Of a DNA stretch of 63,019 nucleotides, positions 52,117 to 62,093 are shown piece after piece. Both the position numbers and the translations under genes were made by a program. The number at the start of each line of letters is the position of its first letter. Position 1 is the stretch's first letter. Origin of the DNA: Bacilli bacterium (GTDB lineage Bacteria; Bacillota_I; Bacilli_A; RF39; UBA660); NCBI GenBank assembly GCA_007117695.1, contig SKFZ01000014.1:1-63019 (forward strand). The letters run 5' to 3'. The notes below the pieces were generated by a model that saw only the letters and a program-made list of their open reading frames with translations, had not been told where the DNA came from and did no database searches.

Positions 52117-52902
52117 ATGGGAAAGATAATATCTCTAGTTAATCAAAAAGGTGGCGTTGGTAAAACGACATCTAGTATTAATTTAGCGGCATCTCTTGGG
52201 GAACTTAAAAAAAGAGTATTATTGATAGATTTAGATCCGCAAGGAAATACTACAACAGGTATTGGAATAAATAAGGCAGAAATAAAAAAGAGTATTTATG
52301 ATTTGCTTTTAGATGAGGCAACGATGACAGATGTGGTTGTTAAAACTAAGTTTAAAAATTTATATGTTATACCTGCAACAATTAATTTGGCAGGTGCAGA
52401 CATTGAGTTGATGGAAAAAAGTAAAAGTGAAGATGGTTTTATGAAAGCTGGTCAGCTAAAGAAACACTTGGATACAGCTAAGGATAAGTTCGATTATGTA
52501 ATAATTGACTGCCCTCCTTCGTTAGGGCTTTTGACTACAAATGCTTTAACTGCATCTGATTCTGTTATAATACCTGTTCAATGTGAATTTTTTGCGCTTG
52601 AAGGAATTATGCAACTTTTGAATAGTATTATGTTAGCTCAAAAGAAATTAAACCCAAGCTTGGATATCGAAGGGGTTTTGCTAACAATGTTGGATTCTAG
52701 GACTAACTTAGGCTTAGAAGTAGTTGAGGATGTCAAAAAATATTTTAAAGAAAGAGTTTATGACACAATTATACCAAGGCTTGTAAGACTTTCAGAGGCG
52801 CCAAGTCATGGTAAGCCTATAATTGCATATGACCCTACAAGTAGAGGGACAATGGCATATTTAAATTTGGCTAAGGAAGTGATTGAAAGAAATGGAAAAT
52901 AA
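52117..52902 (+). CDS. parA: Chromosome partitioning ATPase ParA/Soj
   Basis: Deviant Walker A NQKGGVGKTT and IIDCPPSLG. Confidence 0.95.
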   Translation: MGKIISLVNQKGGVGKTTSSINLAASLGELKKRVLLIDLDPQGNTTTGIGINKAEIKKSIYDLLLDEATMTDVVVKTKFKNLYVIPATINLAGADIELMEKSKSEDGFMKAGQLKKHLDTAKDKFDYVIIDCPPSLGLLTTNALTASDSVIIPVQCEFFALEGIMQLLNSIMLAQKKLNPSLDIEGVLLTMLDSRTNLGLEVVEDVKKYFKERVYDTIIPRLVRLSEAPSHGKPIIAYDPTSRGTMAYLNLAKEVIERNGK

Positions 52903-53767
52903 AAAGAGAGCTTTAGGAAAAGGTTTAGAGCAGCTATTTGATACTGATAACATAAATGTTGAAGAAATTGAAGATAAAATTTATGAAAGTTCAACAAATG
53001 AAGAAATAATTGATATTCCGCTTGAAGAACTTAGGCCAAACCCATATCAACCTCGTAAAGAGTTTGATGATGAAGCGTTGAAAGAACTTTCAGAATCTAT
53101 TAAAACTCACGGTGTTTTTCAACCTATAATTGTTAAAAAAAGCATAAAAGGTTACGAAGTAATTGCCGGTGAAAGAAGATTAAGAGCAAGCAAGGATGCA
53201 GGGTTGGAAACTATACCGGCAATTGTTAGGCCATTCAATGATGAACAAATGATGGAAATTGCTATATTAGAAAATTTGCAAAGAGAAAACTTAAACCCTA
53301 TGGAAGAAGCAAAAGCATATAAACAAATGATTGAAAGGTTAAGTTTAACTCAAGACCAACTTTCAAAAAGGTTGGGGAAAAGCCGAGTTTATATAACAAA
53401 TATGCTTGGATTGCTTAGGCTTCCTATTGAAGTTCAAAAAATGGTTACAGATGAAAAGATTTCTATGAGTCACGCAAAAATTTTAAGTAAGTTAGAAGAC
53501 GAACATCAAATTATAGAAATTGCGAACAAAATAGATATAAATAAGCTTCCGGTGCACGAGGTTGAGAGCCTTACTAGCGAAGAAAAATATAAAAAGAAAA
53601 ATAAAATTACTAGAAAACCACAAAATACAGAGTATAAATATGTCGAAGAATTACTTAGAGAAAAGCTTGACTCAAAAGTAAAAGTAAAAGATAGAAAAAT
53701 AGAAATTGAATTCACAAATGATGCGGATTTAAATAGAATATTAGAAATTATCGATGTTAAAGAGTAG
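52892..53767 (+). CDS. parB: Chromosome partitioning protein ParB/Spo0J
   Basis: ALGKGLEQLF, PNPYQPRKEFD, GERRLRAS, HTH LTQDQLSKRLGKSRVYITNMLGLL, and C-terminal KIEIEF. Confidence 0.95.
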   Translation: MENKKRALGKGLEQLFDTDNINVEEIEDKIYESSTNEEIIDIPLEELRPNPYQPRKEFDDEALKELSESIKTHGVFQPIIVKKSIKGYEVIAGERRLRASKDAGLETIPAIVRPFNDEQMMEIAILENLQRENLNPMEEAKAYKQMIERLSLTQDQLSKRLGKSRVYITNMLGLLRLPIEVQKMVTDEKISMSHAKILSKLEDEHQIIEIANKIDINKLPVHEVESLTSEEKYKKKNKITRKPQNTEYKYVEELLREKLDSKVKVKDRKIEIEFTNDADLNRILEIIDVKE

Positions 53768-53776
53768 GTGTTATTT

Positions 53777-53962
53777 ATGAAAGAAAACTATGTTTTAAAT
53801 AGCATTGTGGAAATGAAAAAACCACACCCGTGTGGTTTTAACGAATGGCAAATTACTAGGCTAGGAGCAGACATAAAAATCAAATGTTGTAATTGTGGCC
53901 GAAGTATTATGATGCCGAGGATCGAGTTTAATAAGAAATTAAAAAAAGTATTAAAGGAGTAA
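53777..53962 (+). CDS. DUF951 family small protein
   Basis: MKKPHPCG...WQITRLGADIKIKCCNCGRSIMMPR. Conserved position after parB. Confidence 0.7.
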   Translation: MKENYVLNSIVEMKKPHPCGFNEWQITRLGADIKIKCCNCGRSIMMPRIEFNKKLKKVLKE

Positions 53963-53963
53963 G

Positions 53964-55517
53964 ATGAAGATGTCGAAAAAAACAAAAAAGGTTATTAGTC
54001 CAATTTATGCAATTTTTCTCTTAACAGTGGCTATAATATTTTTGAGTTATATATTTTCGCTTTTGGGCTTAGAGGGTCAAAGAGCGAATATAATAAGTAT
54101 AAGACAAGGTGATTTGAATTATGGACTTGAAATGAGTTTGGTAACCGTTAGAAATGCCTTGAGTATGGATGGGTTGTATTTTATGATTGAAAATGCAACA
54201 TCCAATTTAAGTGTTTTTAGTCCAATGATTTTATTAATAATTGCTTTAATCGGAGTTGGAGTTGGAGAAAGCAGTGGCTTATTTGGATTTTGGTTCAAAA
54301 AATTAAAAAAATTAAAGCAACCAATTTTGATTTTTTTAACATTACTCATTACTATTATTTTAACCTCATTTGGCCAGTATATATTTTTAATCACAATTCC
54401 GCTTTTTGCACTTTTGTTTAAGCATGCAAATAAAAGTCCGGTTTTGGGAATATTTGTAGCTTTTTTAGGCGGATTAGTTGGTTATGGAACAGGATTTTTA
54501 GTGGATTATGAGAATTTGTCTTTAGGTGAATACACAGAAATATCGGCTAATTTGGAAATAATGACTAATTACGCCTTTAACAATATGAATACTGCTTTTA
54601 TTTCTATAGGATCTATAGTTATTTTAAGTTCTTTAGGTACCATTATTGTTAATAAAACTTTAGTCCCAAAAATCAAAAAAATAGAGTGTAAAGAAGAATG
54701 TGAAATTGAAGATCCTGATGTGGATATAAGTAAAAAGAATATTGTTATTACGCATATGGTTTTATTTATTTTAATTGCAGGCTTTTTGTATTCTTTAATA
54801 CCGAATTTACCTTTTTCTGGTGCTTTATTAGACGATAGTCAAAATAGATACATTTCAATGTTATTTGGAGAAGGTTCTATGTTCTCGGTTGGATATATAT
54901 ATATATTTACAATAATTTTAATTATAACGGGATTCACTTTTGGAATGTTAAACAAAAGGTTTAAAGATAATCATGATTTTAATGTTGGGTTATCGAGTTC
55001 ATTCAAAGATTTAGGGTATTTATTTGTAGTTGTATTTTTTGCAATCCAAATGGTGTATTTATTTGAGTGGACAAATATCGGGTTGGTATTTGCTACGATT
55101 TTGATTGAAACACTTTATGAATTTCAATTATCGGGTATGCCAATGATTGTAGGGTTTGCTGCTATAACATTTTTAACAAGCGTGTTAATTACAAATCCGG
55201 TTTTAAAATGGGAATTAATGTCCCCGCTTTTAGTTCCATTATTCATGCGTTCAAATATCACGCCTGATTTTACGCAATTTATGTTTAGGGCGTTTGAAGG
55301 TGTTAGCCGAGGGTTTACGCCGATGTTTATAATTTTAATTATTACAATAGGTTTTATTCAAAAATATAGTTCTGATAGTGAAAAAACAACTATTTTCGGT
55401 ACTATAAAAATACTGTCTCCAACGCTTTTTGCATTCTTAGGGTTGTGGTTGTTGATAGTTATTGGGTGGTTCTTAATTGGGTTGCCAATAGGACCTGGGA
55501 TTTATCCCACAATATAA
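53964..55517 (+). CDS. AbgT family (p-aminobenzoyl-glutamate / antimetabolite) transporter, divergent
   Basis: Polytopic, 517 aa. ALIGVGVGESSGL and PLFALLFKHANKSPVLGIFVAFLGGLVGYGTGF resemble the AbgT cores GVGVAExSGL and PLGAxxFxxxGRHPLAG. Confidence 0.55.
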   Translation: MKMSKKTKKVISPIYAIFLLTVAIIFLSYIFSLLGLEGQRANIISIRQGDLNYGLEMSLVTVRNALSMDGLYFMIENATSNLSVFSPMILLIIALIGVGVGESSGLFGFWFKKLKKLKQPILIFLTLLITIILTSFGQYIFLITIPLFALLFKHANKSPVLGIFVAFLGGLVGYGTGFLVDYENLSLGEYTEISANLEIMTNYAFNNMNTAFISIGSIVILSSLGTIIVNKTLVPKIKKIECKEECEIEDPDVDISKKNIVITHMVLFILIAGFLYSLIPNLPFSGALLDDSQNRYISMLFGEGSMFSVGYIYIFTIILIITGFTFGMLNKRFKDNHDFNVGLSSSFKDLGYLFVVVFFAIQMVYLFEWTNIGLVFATILIETLYEFQLSGMPMIVGFAAITFLTSVLITNPVLKWELMSPLLVPLFMRSNITPDFTQFMFRAFEGVSRGFTPMFIILIITIGFIQKYSSDSEKTTIFGTIKILSPTLFAFLGLWLLIVIGWFLIGLPIGPGIYPTI

Positions 55518-55531
55518 AGGAGTGTTATAAA

Positions 55532-56635
55532 ATGAGTTTAAAAGCTGGAATAGTTGGTTTGCCAAATGTTGGTAAATCAACTTTATTTAATGCAATAACT
55601 AACAAAAAAATCTTAGCTGCAAACTTTCCTTTTGCAACTATTGAACCAAATGTTGGTGTTGTGAATGTTCCTGATGAGAGGCTTTCGTCTTTGAGCGAAA
55701 TTTACAAACCGGAAAAAACAATTGCAACAACTTTTGAGTTTACGGACATTGCGGGGTTGGTTAAAGGAGCTTCTTCAGGTGAGGGTCTTGGGAATAAATT
55801 TTTATCACATATTAGGGAAGTTGATGCTATTTGCGAAGTTGTTAGATGTTTCGAAGATGAAAACATAACTCATGTATCTGGCAAAATAGACCCTATATCA
55901 GATATAGAAGTTATTAATATTGAATTAATCCTATCCGATTTAGAAGTTGTTGAAAACAGAATTTCGAAGTTAGGTAAAAAAGTTAAGCAAAACACCGACA
56001 AAGATGTAGTTAAAGAATATGAATTACTAAATATTATAAAAGAAGCATTACTAAATGATAAGCCTGTTAGAGCTATAGAGTTTAACGATGAGGAGTTAAG
56101 ACTAATTAAACATTTTAACTTATTAACTTCTAAACCTATAATATATATGGCAAATATACACGAAGATGAAATATTAGATTACGAAAATAATAAGTATGTT
56201 AAAGAAGTTGAAAAATATGCAGAAAAAGAAGGTGCTGAAGTCATAGTTTTGAGTGCTAAAATAGAATCAGAACTAAGTGAATTAGACGAGGAGTCTAAAA
56301 AAACTTTTTTGGAAGAACTAGGCATTTTGGAAAGTGGATTAGATAAGCTTATAAAGGCGACATATAGCCTGCTTGGACTAGCAACTTACTTTACTGCAGG
56401 TCCCAAAGAAGTTAGGGCATGGACTTTTAAAAAAGGCATGAATGCTAAGCAGTGTGCAGGTATAATACATACTGATTTTGAAAAAGGTTTTATTAAAGCT
56501 GAAATAATGAGTTATGATGATCTTATAAACAATGGAACCGAAAAAAAGGTGAAAGAAGCTGGAAAAGTTAGGTTAGAAGGAAAAGACTATATAATGAAAG
56601 ACGGTGACATTTGTCATTTTAGGTTTAATGTATAA
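55532..56635 (+). CDS. ychF: Ribosome-binding ATPase YchF
   Basis: GIVGLPNVGKSTLFNA, DIAGLVKGAS and RAWTFKKG. Confidence 0.95.
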   Translation: MSLKAGIVGLPNVGKSTLFNAITNKKILAANFPFATIEPNVGVVNVPDERLSSLSEIYKPEKTIATTFEFTDIAGLVKGASSGEGLGNKFLSHIREVDAICEVVRCFEDENITHVSGKIDPISDIEVINIELILSDLEVVENRISKLGKKVKQNTDKDVVKEYELLNIIKEALLNDKPVRAIEFNDEELRLIKHFNLLTSKPIIYMANIHEDEILDYENNKYVKEVEKYAEKEGAEVIVLSAKIESELSELDEESKKTFLEELGILESGLDKLIKATYSLLGLATYFTAGPKEVRAWTFKKGMNAKQCAGIIHTDFEKGFIKAEIMSYDDLINNGTEKKVKEAGKVRLEGKDYIMKDGDICHFRFNV

Positions 56636-56641
56636 TAAAAC

Positions 56642-56670
56642 TTGTAAATGAATGAGATGTTTGCTATAAT
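56642..56670 (+). promoter_or_regulatory. Sigma-A promoter of rpsF-ssb-rpsR
   Basis: TTGTAA, 17 nt spacer, TATAAT. Confidence 0.7.
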
Positions 56671-56743
56671 TGGTTTCGAGTATTAATTTACTCCTTGCTT
56701 TTGACAATTGTCGAAAGCCAATAGACCATAAGGAGGTGTTGAA

Positions 56744-57034
56744 ATGAATAAGTACGAAATTATGTACATTGTTAAAGCAACATTGAGTGAGGATGAAATC
56801 AAGGCGGTTAAAGAGCGTTTTGAAGGTATTTTGACTAAAAATGATGCTAAGATCATCGATTCTAAAAAACTAGGACAAAAAGAACTAGCATATGAAGTTA
56901 AAAAACAAAAAACAGGATATTATTTTCTAGTTACGATTGAATCTAAAGATGATAAAGCAATTAACGAATTTGATCGTTTAGCATTGATTAGTAAAGATGT
57001 TTTGCGTCATTTAGTTACTAAATTAGAAAACTAA
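56744..57034 (+). CDS. rpsF: 30S ribosomal protein S6
   Basis: MNKYEIMYIVKATL... Confidence 0.95.
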   Translation: MNKYEIMYIVKATLSEDEIKAVKERFEGILTKNDAKIIDSKKLGQKELAYEVKKQKTGYYFLVTIESKDDKAINEFDRLALISKDVLRHLVTKLEN

Positions 57035-57050
57035 TGGAAGGGTGAATAAT

Positions 57051-57509
57051 ATGAATAGAGTATCACTAGTAGGAAGATTAACGGCAAAGCCGGAGCTAAG
57101 ACATACTGGTTCTAATTTACCATATACAAAATTTACAGTTGCAATTAATAGAACTTATACTAATCAAGCTGGTCAAAGAGAAGCTGATTTTATAAATGTA
57201 ACGGCTTGGAGAAAACAAGCAGAAAATGTATGTAACTTTTTAGATAAAGGAAGTTTAGTTTCTATTGATGGAAGATTACAAACTGGAAGTTATGAAGATA
57301 AAGATGGAAATAAAAGATATACTATGGATGTAGTTGCTGATAATGTTCAATTTTTAGAAAGTAAGCAGCAAGCAAGAGAGAGAAGCAATGATAATGTTAC
57401 ACCATATGATTATCAAAACAATCAACCGAAAAACAATGTTAATGTGGAAAATGATCCTTTTGCAGAGTTCGGTGATAGTGTTTCTATCGATGATAACTTC
57501 TTAGATTAA
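57051..57509 (+). CDS. ssb: Single-stranded DNA-binding protein
   Basis: MNRVSLVGRLTAKPELRHT OB fold and an acidic C-terminus. Confidence 0.95.
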   Translation: MNRVSLVGRLTAKPELRHTGSNLPYTKFTVAINRTYTNQAGQREADFINVTAWRKQAENVCNFLDKGSLVSIDGRLQTGSYEDKDGNKRYTMDVVADNVQFLESKQQARERSNDNVTPYDYQNNQPKNNVNVENDPFAEFGDSVSIDDNFLD

Positions 57510-57524
57510 TGTTAGGAGGATATT

Positions 57525-57743
57525 ATGAGAGATAATTTTAGAAGAAGCAGAAAAATTTGCCAAATGTGTGCAGGTAAGTCTGTTGATTATAAAGATACAG
57601 AGATTATAAAAAAGTATATTAGCAATGATAAGGGTAAAATATTACCAAGAAAAGCAACGGGAGCTTGTTCAAAGCACCAAAGACATATTGCTAATGAAAT
57701 CAAAAAAGCTAGATTTATGGCTTTAGTGCCATTTGTAAAATAG
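57525..57743 (+). CDS. rpsR: 30S ribosomal protein S18
   Basis: VDYKDTEIIKKYIS..GKILPRKATGACSKHQR. Confidence 0.95.
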   Translation: MRDNFRRSRKICQMCAGKSVDYKDTEIIKKYISNDKGKILPRKATGACSKHQRHIANEIKKARFMALVPFVK

Positions 57744-57767
57744 AAAAACAATTTTCTATTTTTTTTT
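57741..57767 (+). terminator. Intrinsic terminator of rpsF-ssb-rpsR
   Basis: TAGAAAA-ACAA-TTTTCTA followed by TTTTTTTTT. Confidence 0.75.
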
Positions 57768-57778
57768 GCAAAAAAAGG

Positions 57779-57807
57779 TTGTTTTTTCTTTAGTAATCGA
57801 GTATAAT
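57779..57807 (+). promoter_or_regulatory. Promoter of the S10 operon
   Basis: TTGTTT, 17 nt spacer, TATAAT. Confidence 0.55.
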
Positions 57808-57932
57808 TTTGAATGTGTGACAAGCATTGATGTGTGAGGTTGCCGACACGCCGGGTTAAGTTGTTAACTGTTGTGTGGGGGTATTTACGCGGAGCTAGTC
57901 TATACAAAGATATAGGCGAAAGGAGGATGGAG

Positions 57933-58241
57933 ATGTCAAAACAAAAAGTACGTGTTAGATTAAAAGCTTTTGAACACAAAAGTTTAGATAAGGCTTGTGC
58001 GAAAATTGTAGAAACTGTTAAAAGAACTGGTGGTAAAGTTAGTGGACCTGTGCCATTACCAACAGAAATAGAAAAAATTACTATTTTAAGAGCAGTTCAC
58101 AAATACAAAGATTCTCGTGAGCAATTTGAAAGAAGAACACATAAAAGATTAATTGATATCGAAAATCCTAGCAAGGAAACGATAGATGCGTTATCGCATT
58201 TAGATATTCCAAGCGGGGTTGACATTCAAATTAAATATTAA
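57933..58241 (+). CDS. rpsJ: 30S ribosomal protein S10
   Basis: [29 protein letters not shown]. Confidence 0.97.
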   Translation: MSKQKVRVRLKAFEHKSLDKACAKIVETVKRTGGKVSGPVPLPTEIEKITILRAVHKYKDSREQFERRTHKRLIDIENPSKETIDALSHLDIPSGVDIQIKY

Positions 58242-58264
58242 TTTATAAAATTAGGAGGAATATT

Positions 58265-58987
58265 ATGAAAAAAGGAATCTTAGGTCGTAAAGTTGGAATG
58301 ACACAAGTATTCACTGAATCAGGGAACTTAATTCCTGTTACTGCAATAAGCGTTGAGCCTAATGTTGTAACACAAATTAAAACTACTGATAATGATGGAT
58401 ATGATGCTATCCAATTAGGTTTCGAAGACAAAAGAGAAAAACTAGCGACTAAAGCTTCGATTGGTCATACCAATAAAGCTAAAACTGCACCTAAGCGCTT
58501 CTTTAGAGAAATCGCAGGTGTTGATGTTAATAACTACACTTTAGGTCAAGAATTATCGATAGATATTTTTGAGGAAGGTGAAGTTGTTGATGTGACTGGA
58601 ACTTCTAAAGGTAAGGGGTTTCAAGGATCTATTAAACGTCACAATCAATCAAGAGGTCCTATGAGTCACGGTTCACACTATCATCGTGGTCCGGGTTCAA
58701 TGGGAACTATGCTGCCAAAACGTGTTTTAAAGGGTAAGAAGCTTCCAGGTCATATGGGAACGCTTACTGTTACTGTGCAAAATTTAGAAGTTGTTTCTGT
58801 TGATAAAGAAAACAATGTTATTTTAGTTAAAGGGAATGTACCTGGACCTAAAAAATCAATGGTTTTCATTAAGTCATCAGTAAAAACTCCGGGTAAAGTT
58901 AATGAAAAACCTGAGTTAGTATCTTATAAAATAGTAGAAGAAACACCAGTGGCAGAAGAAAAAACTACTGATGAAAGTCAAGAGTAG
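58265..58987 (+). CDS. rplC: 50S ribosomal protein L3 (with an acidic C-terminal tail)
   Basis: [16 protein letters not shown] and FQGSIKRHN. Confidence 0.97.
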   Translation: MKKGILGRKVGMTQVFTESGNLIPVTAISVEPNVVTQIKTTDNDGYDAIQLGFEDKREKLATKASIGHTNKAKTAPKRFFREIAGVDVNNYTLGQELSIDIFEEGEVVDVTGTSKGKGFQGSIKRHNQSRGPMSHGSHYHRGPGSMGTMLPKRVLKGKKLPGHMGTLTVTVQNLEVVSVDKENNVILVKGNVPGPKKSMVFIKSSVKTPGKVNEKPELVSYKIVEETPVAEEKTTDESQE

Positions 58988-58997
58988 GAGGTAGAAT

Positions 58998-59630
58998 ATG
59001 TCAAAGGTAAAAATGGTTAATGTTAATGGAGAAAAGATAAAAGATTTAACATTAAATAAAAATGTTTGGGGTGTTGAACCAAACGATTCTGTTTTATATG
59101 ATGCTATTAAGTTAACAAGAAATGCACAAAGACAAGGTACAAGTAGTACAAAAACACGTTCAGAAGTAAGAGGTGGAGGAAGAAAGCCATGGAGACAAAA
59201 AGGGACAGGTAATGCCCGTCATGGAACTATCAGATCGCCACTTTGGACAGGTGGGGGGATCACATTTGGTCCTAAACCAAGAAAATATGACATTAAAATG
59301 AACAAAAAAGAAAGACGTCTAGCGTTATTATCAGCACTTAGTTATAAAGCGTTGGATAAAGAATTGATTGTAGTTGACAATCTAGAGGTTAAAGAACCAA
59401 AAACAAAAGAGATGATTAACATCTTAAATAATTTAAAAGTAGATAAAAAAGTTTTGATTGTAGTTGAGGAATTAACTGATAATTTAGTTTTAGCTGCTAG
59501 AAATTTAGAAAGAGTTTTAGTTCTTCAAGCGGATGAAATCAATACATTTGATGTAGTTAACTCAGATAATATGATAATTACAGAGAATGCATTAAAATCA
59601 ATTGAGGAGGTGCTAGGTTATGAAAAGTAA
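58998..59630 (+). CDS. rplD: 50S ribosomal protein L4
   Basis: [19 protein letters not shown]. Confidence 0.97.
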   Translation: MSKVKMVNVNGEKIKDLTLNKNVWGVEPNDSVLYDAIKLTRNAQRQGTSSTKTRSEVRGGGRKPWRQKGTGNARHGTIRSPLWTGGGITFGPKPRKYDIKMNKKERRLALLSALSYKALDKELIVVDNLEVKEPKTKEMINILNNLKVDKKVLIVVEELTDNLVLAARNLERVLVLQADEINTFDVVNSDNMIITENALKSIEEVLGYEK

Positions 59631-59904
59631 TTACAGAGATATTATTAAGGCACCAATAATTACGGAAAAAAGTGCTGATTTAGCACAAAACGAAAACACT
59701 ATTACATTTAGTGTTGATGTTAAAGCAAACAAAACACAAATAAAGCAAGCTGTAGAATCTTTATTTGATGTTGAAGTTGAAAAAGTAAATACAATTAACG
59801 TTAAACCTAAGAAAAGAAGAGTTGGACGTTACGAAGGTAAAACAAGTCGTGTAAAAAAAGCAATTGTTAAGTTGAAAGAAGGAAGTTCAATCGAACTTAA
59901 CTAG
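59620..59904 (+). CDS. rplW: 50S ribosomal protein L23
   Basis: [11 protein letters not shown]...[15 protein letters not shown]. Confidence 0.97.
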   Translation: MKSNYRDIIKAPIITEKSADLAQNENTITFSVDVKANKTQIKQAVESLFDVEVEKVNTINVKPKKRRVGRYEGKTSRVKKAIVKLKEGSSIELN

Positions 59905-59918
59905 AAGGAGGATTGAAT

Positions 59919-60749
59919 ATGGCTATTAAGAGTTATAAACCAACTACTAATGCTCGTCGTGGTATGACTACATTGGATAACAGTGGGTTATCTAAAAAAG
60001 GACCAGAGAAGTCATTAGTTGTTACATTGAAAAAACAAGGTGGACGTAATAACCAAGGTCGTATTACAGTTAGACACCGTGGTGGTGGAGCAAAAAGAAA
60101 ATACCGTCTTATTGATTTTAAAAGAAATAAAGATGGTGTTATTGGAACTGTATCGGCACTTGAGTATGATCCAAATAGAACTGCAAACATAGCTTTAATA
60201 ACTTATGCTGATGGAGAAAAAAGATATATTTTAGCTCCTAAAGGTTTAAAAGTTGGAGATAAAGTGGAAAGTAGTTCAACAGCCGATATTAAAGCAGGAA
60301 ATAGCTTACCACTGGAAAACATTCCGGAAGGGACTATGGTTCACAATGTTGAACTTAGACCTGGAAAAGGTGGGCAACTTGCTAGATCTGCAGGAAACGC
60401 AGTTCAAATATTAGGTAGAGAAGGAAAATATACATTACTTAAATTAGGTAGTGGTGAAGTTCGTAAAGTACTTAGTGTTTGTAGAGCAACTATCGGAGTT
60501 GTTGGAAACGAAGACCATGAGTTAGTAAATTATGGTAAAGCAGGAAGAAAGAGACATATGGGTATTAAGCCGACTGTTCGTGGTTCGGTTATGAATCCAA
60601 ATGATCACCCACACGGTGGTGGTGAAGGACGTGCGCCAATTGGTCGTAAGAGTCCAGTTACTCCTTGGGGTAAACCAACACTAGGGTATAAGACTAGAAA
60701 AAATAAAAAGGCTTCAAACAAGATGATTGTTCGTCGTCGTAAAAAATAG
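59919..60749 (+). CDS. rplB: 50S ribosomal protein L2
   Basis: [10 protein letters not shown] and [16 protein letters not shown]. Confidence 0.97.
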   Translation: MAIKSYKPTTNARRGMTTLDNSGLSKKGPEKSLVVTLKKQGGRNNQGRITVRHRGGGAKRKYRLIDFKRNKDGVIGTVSALEYDPNRTANIALITYADGEKRYILAPKGLKVGDKVESSSTADIKAGNSLPLENIPEGTMVHNVELRPGKGGQLARSAGNAVQILGREGKYTLLKLGSGEVRKVLSVCRATIGVVGNEDHELVNYGKAGRKRHMGIKPTVRGSVMNPNDHPHGGGEGRAPIGRKSPVTPWGKPTLGYKTRKNKKASNKMIVRRRKK

Positions 60750-60763
60750 GAAGGATGATTTAA

Positions 60764-61027
60764 ATGGCTAGAAGTTTAAAAAAAGGACCTTTTATTGATG
60801 AGAGTTTAAAATCAAAGGTTGAAAAAGTAAAAAAATCTGGAAAAAAAGAAGTTATTAAAACTTGGTCGCGCCGTTCAACAATTTATCCTGACTTTGTAGG
60901 GCTTACATTCGCTGTTCACAACGGAAAAGAGTTTATTCCGGTGTATGTGACTGAAGATATGGTAGGTCATAAGTTAGGTGAATTTTCACCAACAAGGAAG
61001 TTTGGCGGACACGGAAACGAAAAATAA
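60764..61027 (+). CDS. rpsS: 30S ribosomal protein S19
   Basis: [12 protein letters not shown] and [11 protein letters not shown]. Confidence 0.97.
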   Translation: MARSLKKGPFIDESLKSKVEKVKKSGKKEVIKTWSRRSTIYPDFVGLTFAVHNGKEFIPVYVTEDMVGHKLGEFSPTRKFGGHGNEK

Positions 61028-61059
61028 GTTAGGAAGTAAAGTTTGGAAGGAGGACTAAA

Positions 61060-61395
61060 ATGGAAGCAAAAGCAATTGCAAAAGGTGTTAGAATACCACC
61101 TCGCAAAGCTCGTTTAGTTTTAGACTTAGTACGTGGAAAAAGTGTAATTGAAGCTGATAAAATTTTAAGTAATTTAAACAATAAAGCAGCAAGAATCACT
61201 AGAAAAGTACTTGTTTCAGCAGTAGCAAATGCTGAAAATAATTATGATATGAAAAAAGACAATTTATTCATTAGTCACATAGTTGCTGATGAAGGAATGG
61301 TTATGAAAAGAATACGTGCTGGTGCGAGAGGCCAAGCAAAGCGTATTAATAAAAGAACAAGTCACATTACAGTTGTGGTAAGTGAGAAAGTTTAA
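61060..61395 (+). CDS. rplV: 50S ribosomal protein L22
   Basis: [18 protein letters not shown]. Confidence 0.97.
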   Translation: MEAKAIAKGVRIPPRKARLVLDLVRGKSVIEADKILSNLNNKAARITRKVLVSAVANAENNYDMKKDNLFISHIVADEGMVMKRIRAGARGQAKRINKRTSHITVVVSEKV

Positions 61396-61412
61396 GCAAA
61401 GGAGGTAAACTA

Positions 61413-62093
61413 ATGGGACAAAAAGTTAGTCCAGTAGGACTTAGAATCGGAATCAATAAATCGTGGGAAGCTAAATGGTATGCAAATAAAAAAGAATTTG
61501 CTAAATATTTAGAAAACGATGTTAAAATTAGAAAGTATTTAGACAAAAAATTAAAAACAGCTTCAGTTTCGAGTGTGATAATTGAAAGAACTAATAAGAA
61601 AACAGAAGTTACTATTAATACTGCAAAACCTGGTGTTGTTATTGGACATGGTGGAGAAGAAATTGAAAAGTTAAGAAAAGAGCTTAGTAAACACGTTGGA
61701 GAAGAAATCCAAATTTCTATTATGGAAGTTAAAAACCCGGTTATGGATGCAGCTTTAGTTGCTGAAAACATTGCACAACAAATTGAAAATCGTGTTTCAT
61801 TTAGAATTGCTCAAAAAAGAGCTATAAATAACACAATGAAAGCAGGAGCAAAAGGTATCAAGACTGCAGTTTCAGGACGTTTAGGAGGAGCCGACATGGC
61901 AAGAACTGAAGGTTATACTGAAGGCATGGTACCACTTCATACTCTGAGAGCTGATGTAGACTATGCATTGAAAGAAGCAGATACTACATATGGTAAAATC
62001 GGAGTGAAAGTATGGATTTACAAAGGAGAAATCCTTCCTGAGAAAAAAGAGTCGGGAGGTAATAGAGATGGCGTTAATACCAAAAAGAACTAA
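61413..62093 (+). CDS. rpsC: 30S ribosomal protein S3
   Basis: [13 protein letters not shown], with a KH domain. Confidence 0.97.
   Translation: MGQKVSPVGLRIGINKSWEAKWYANKKEFAKYLENDVKIRKYLDKKLKTASVSSVIIERTNKKTEVTINTAKPGVVIGHGGEEIEKLRKELSKHVGEEIQISIMEVKNPVMDAALVAENIAQQIENRVSFRIAQKRAINNTMKAGAKGIKTAVSGRLGGADMARTEGYTEGMVPLHTLRADVDYALKEADTTYGKIGVKVWIYKGEILPEKKESGGNRDGVNTKKN

Noticed and set aside
55445-55531. ORF-track N-terminal extensions: ychF from 55445, rpsJ from 57834, tadA from 33242, dut-metG from 43563, mreB to 1325 and noc to 17662
   Set aside because: In each case a canonical SD plus ATG and the conserved protein N-terminus lie further in. The extensions run through terminators, leaders, promoters or the neighbouring gene.
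57587-57979. 130-aa minus-strand ORF spanning rpsR, its terminator, the S10 leader and the rpsJ start
   Set aside because: It crosses a terminator and a promoter of the opposite strand and has no SD. Every real gene on this side of oriC is on the plus strand.
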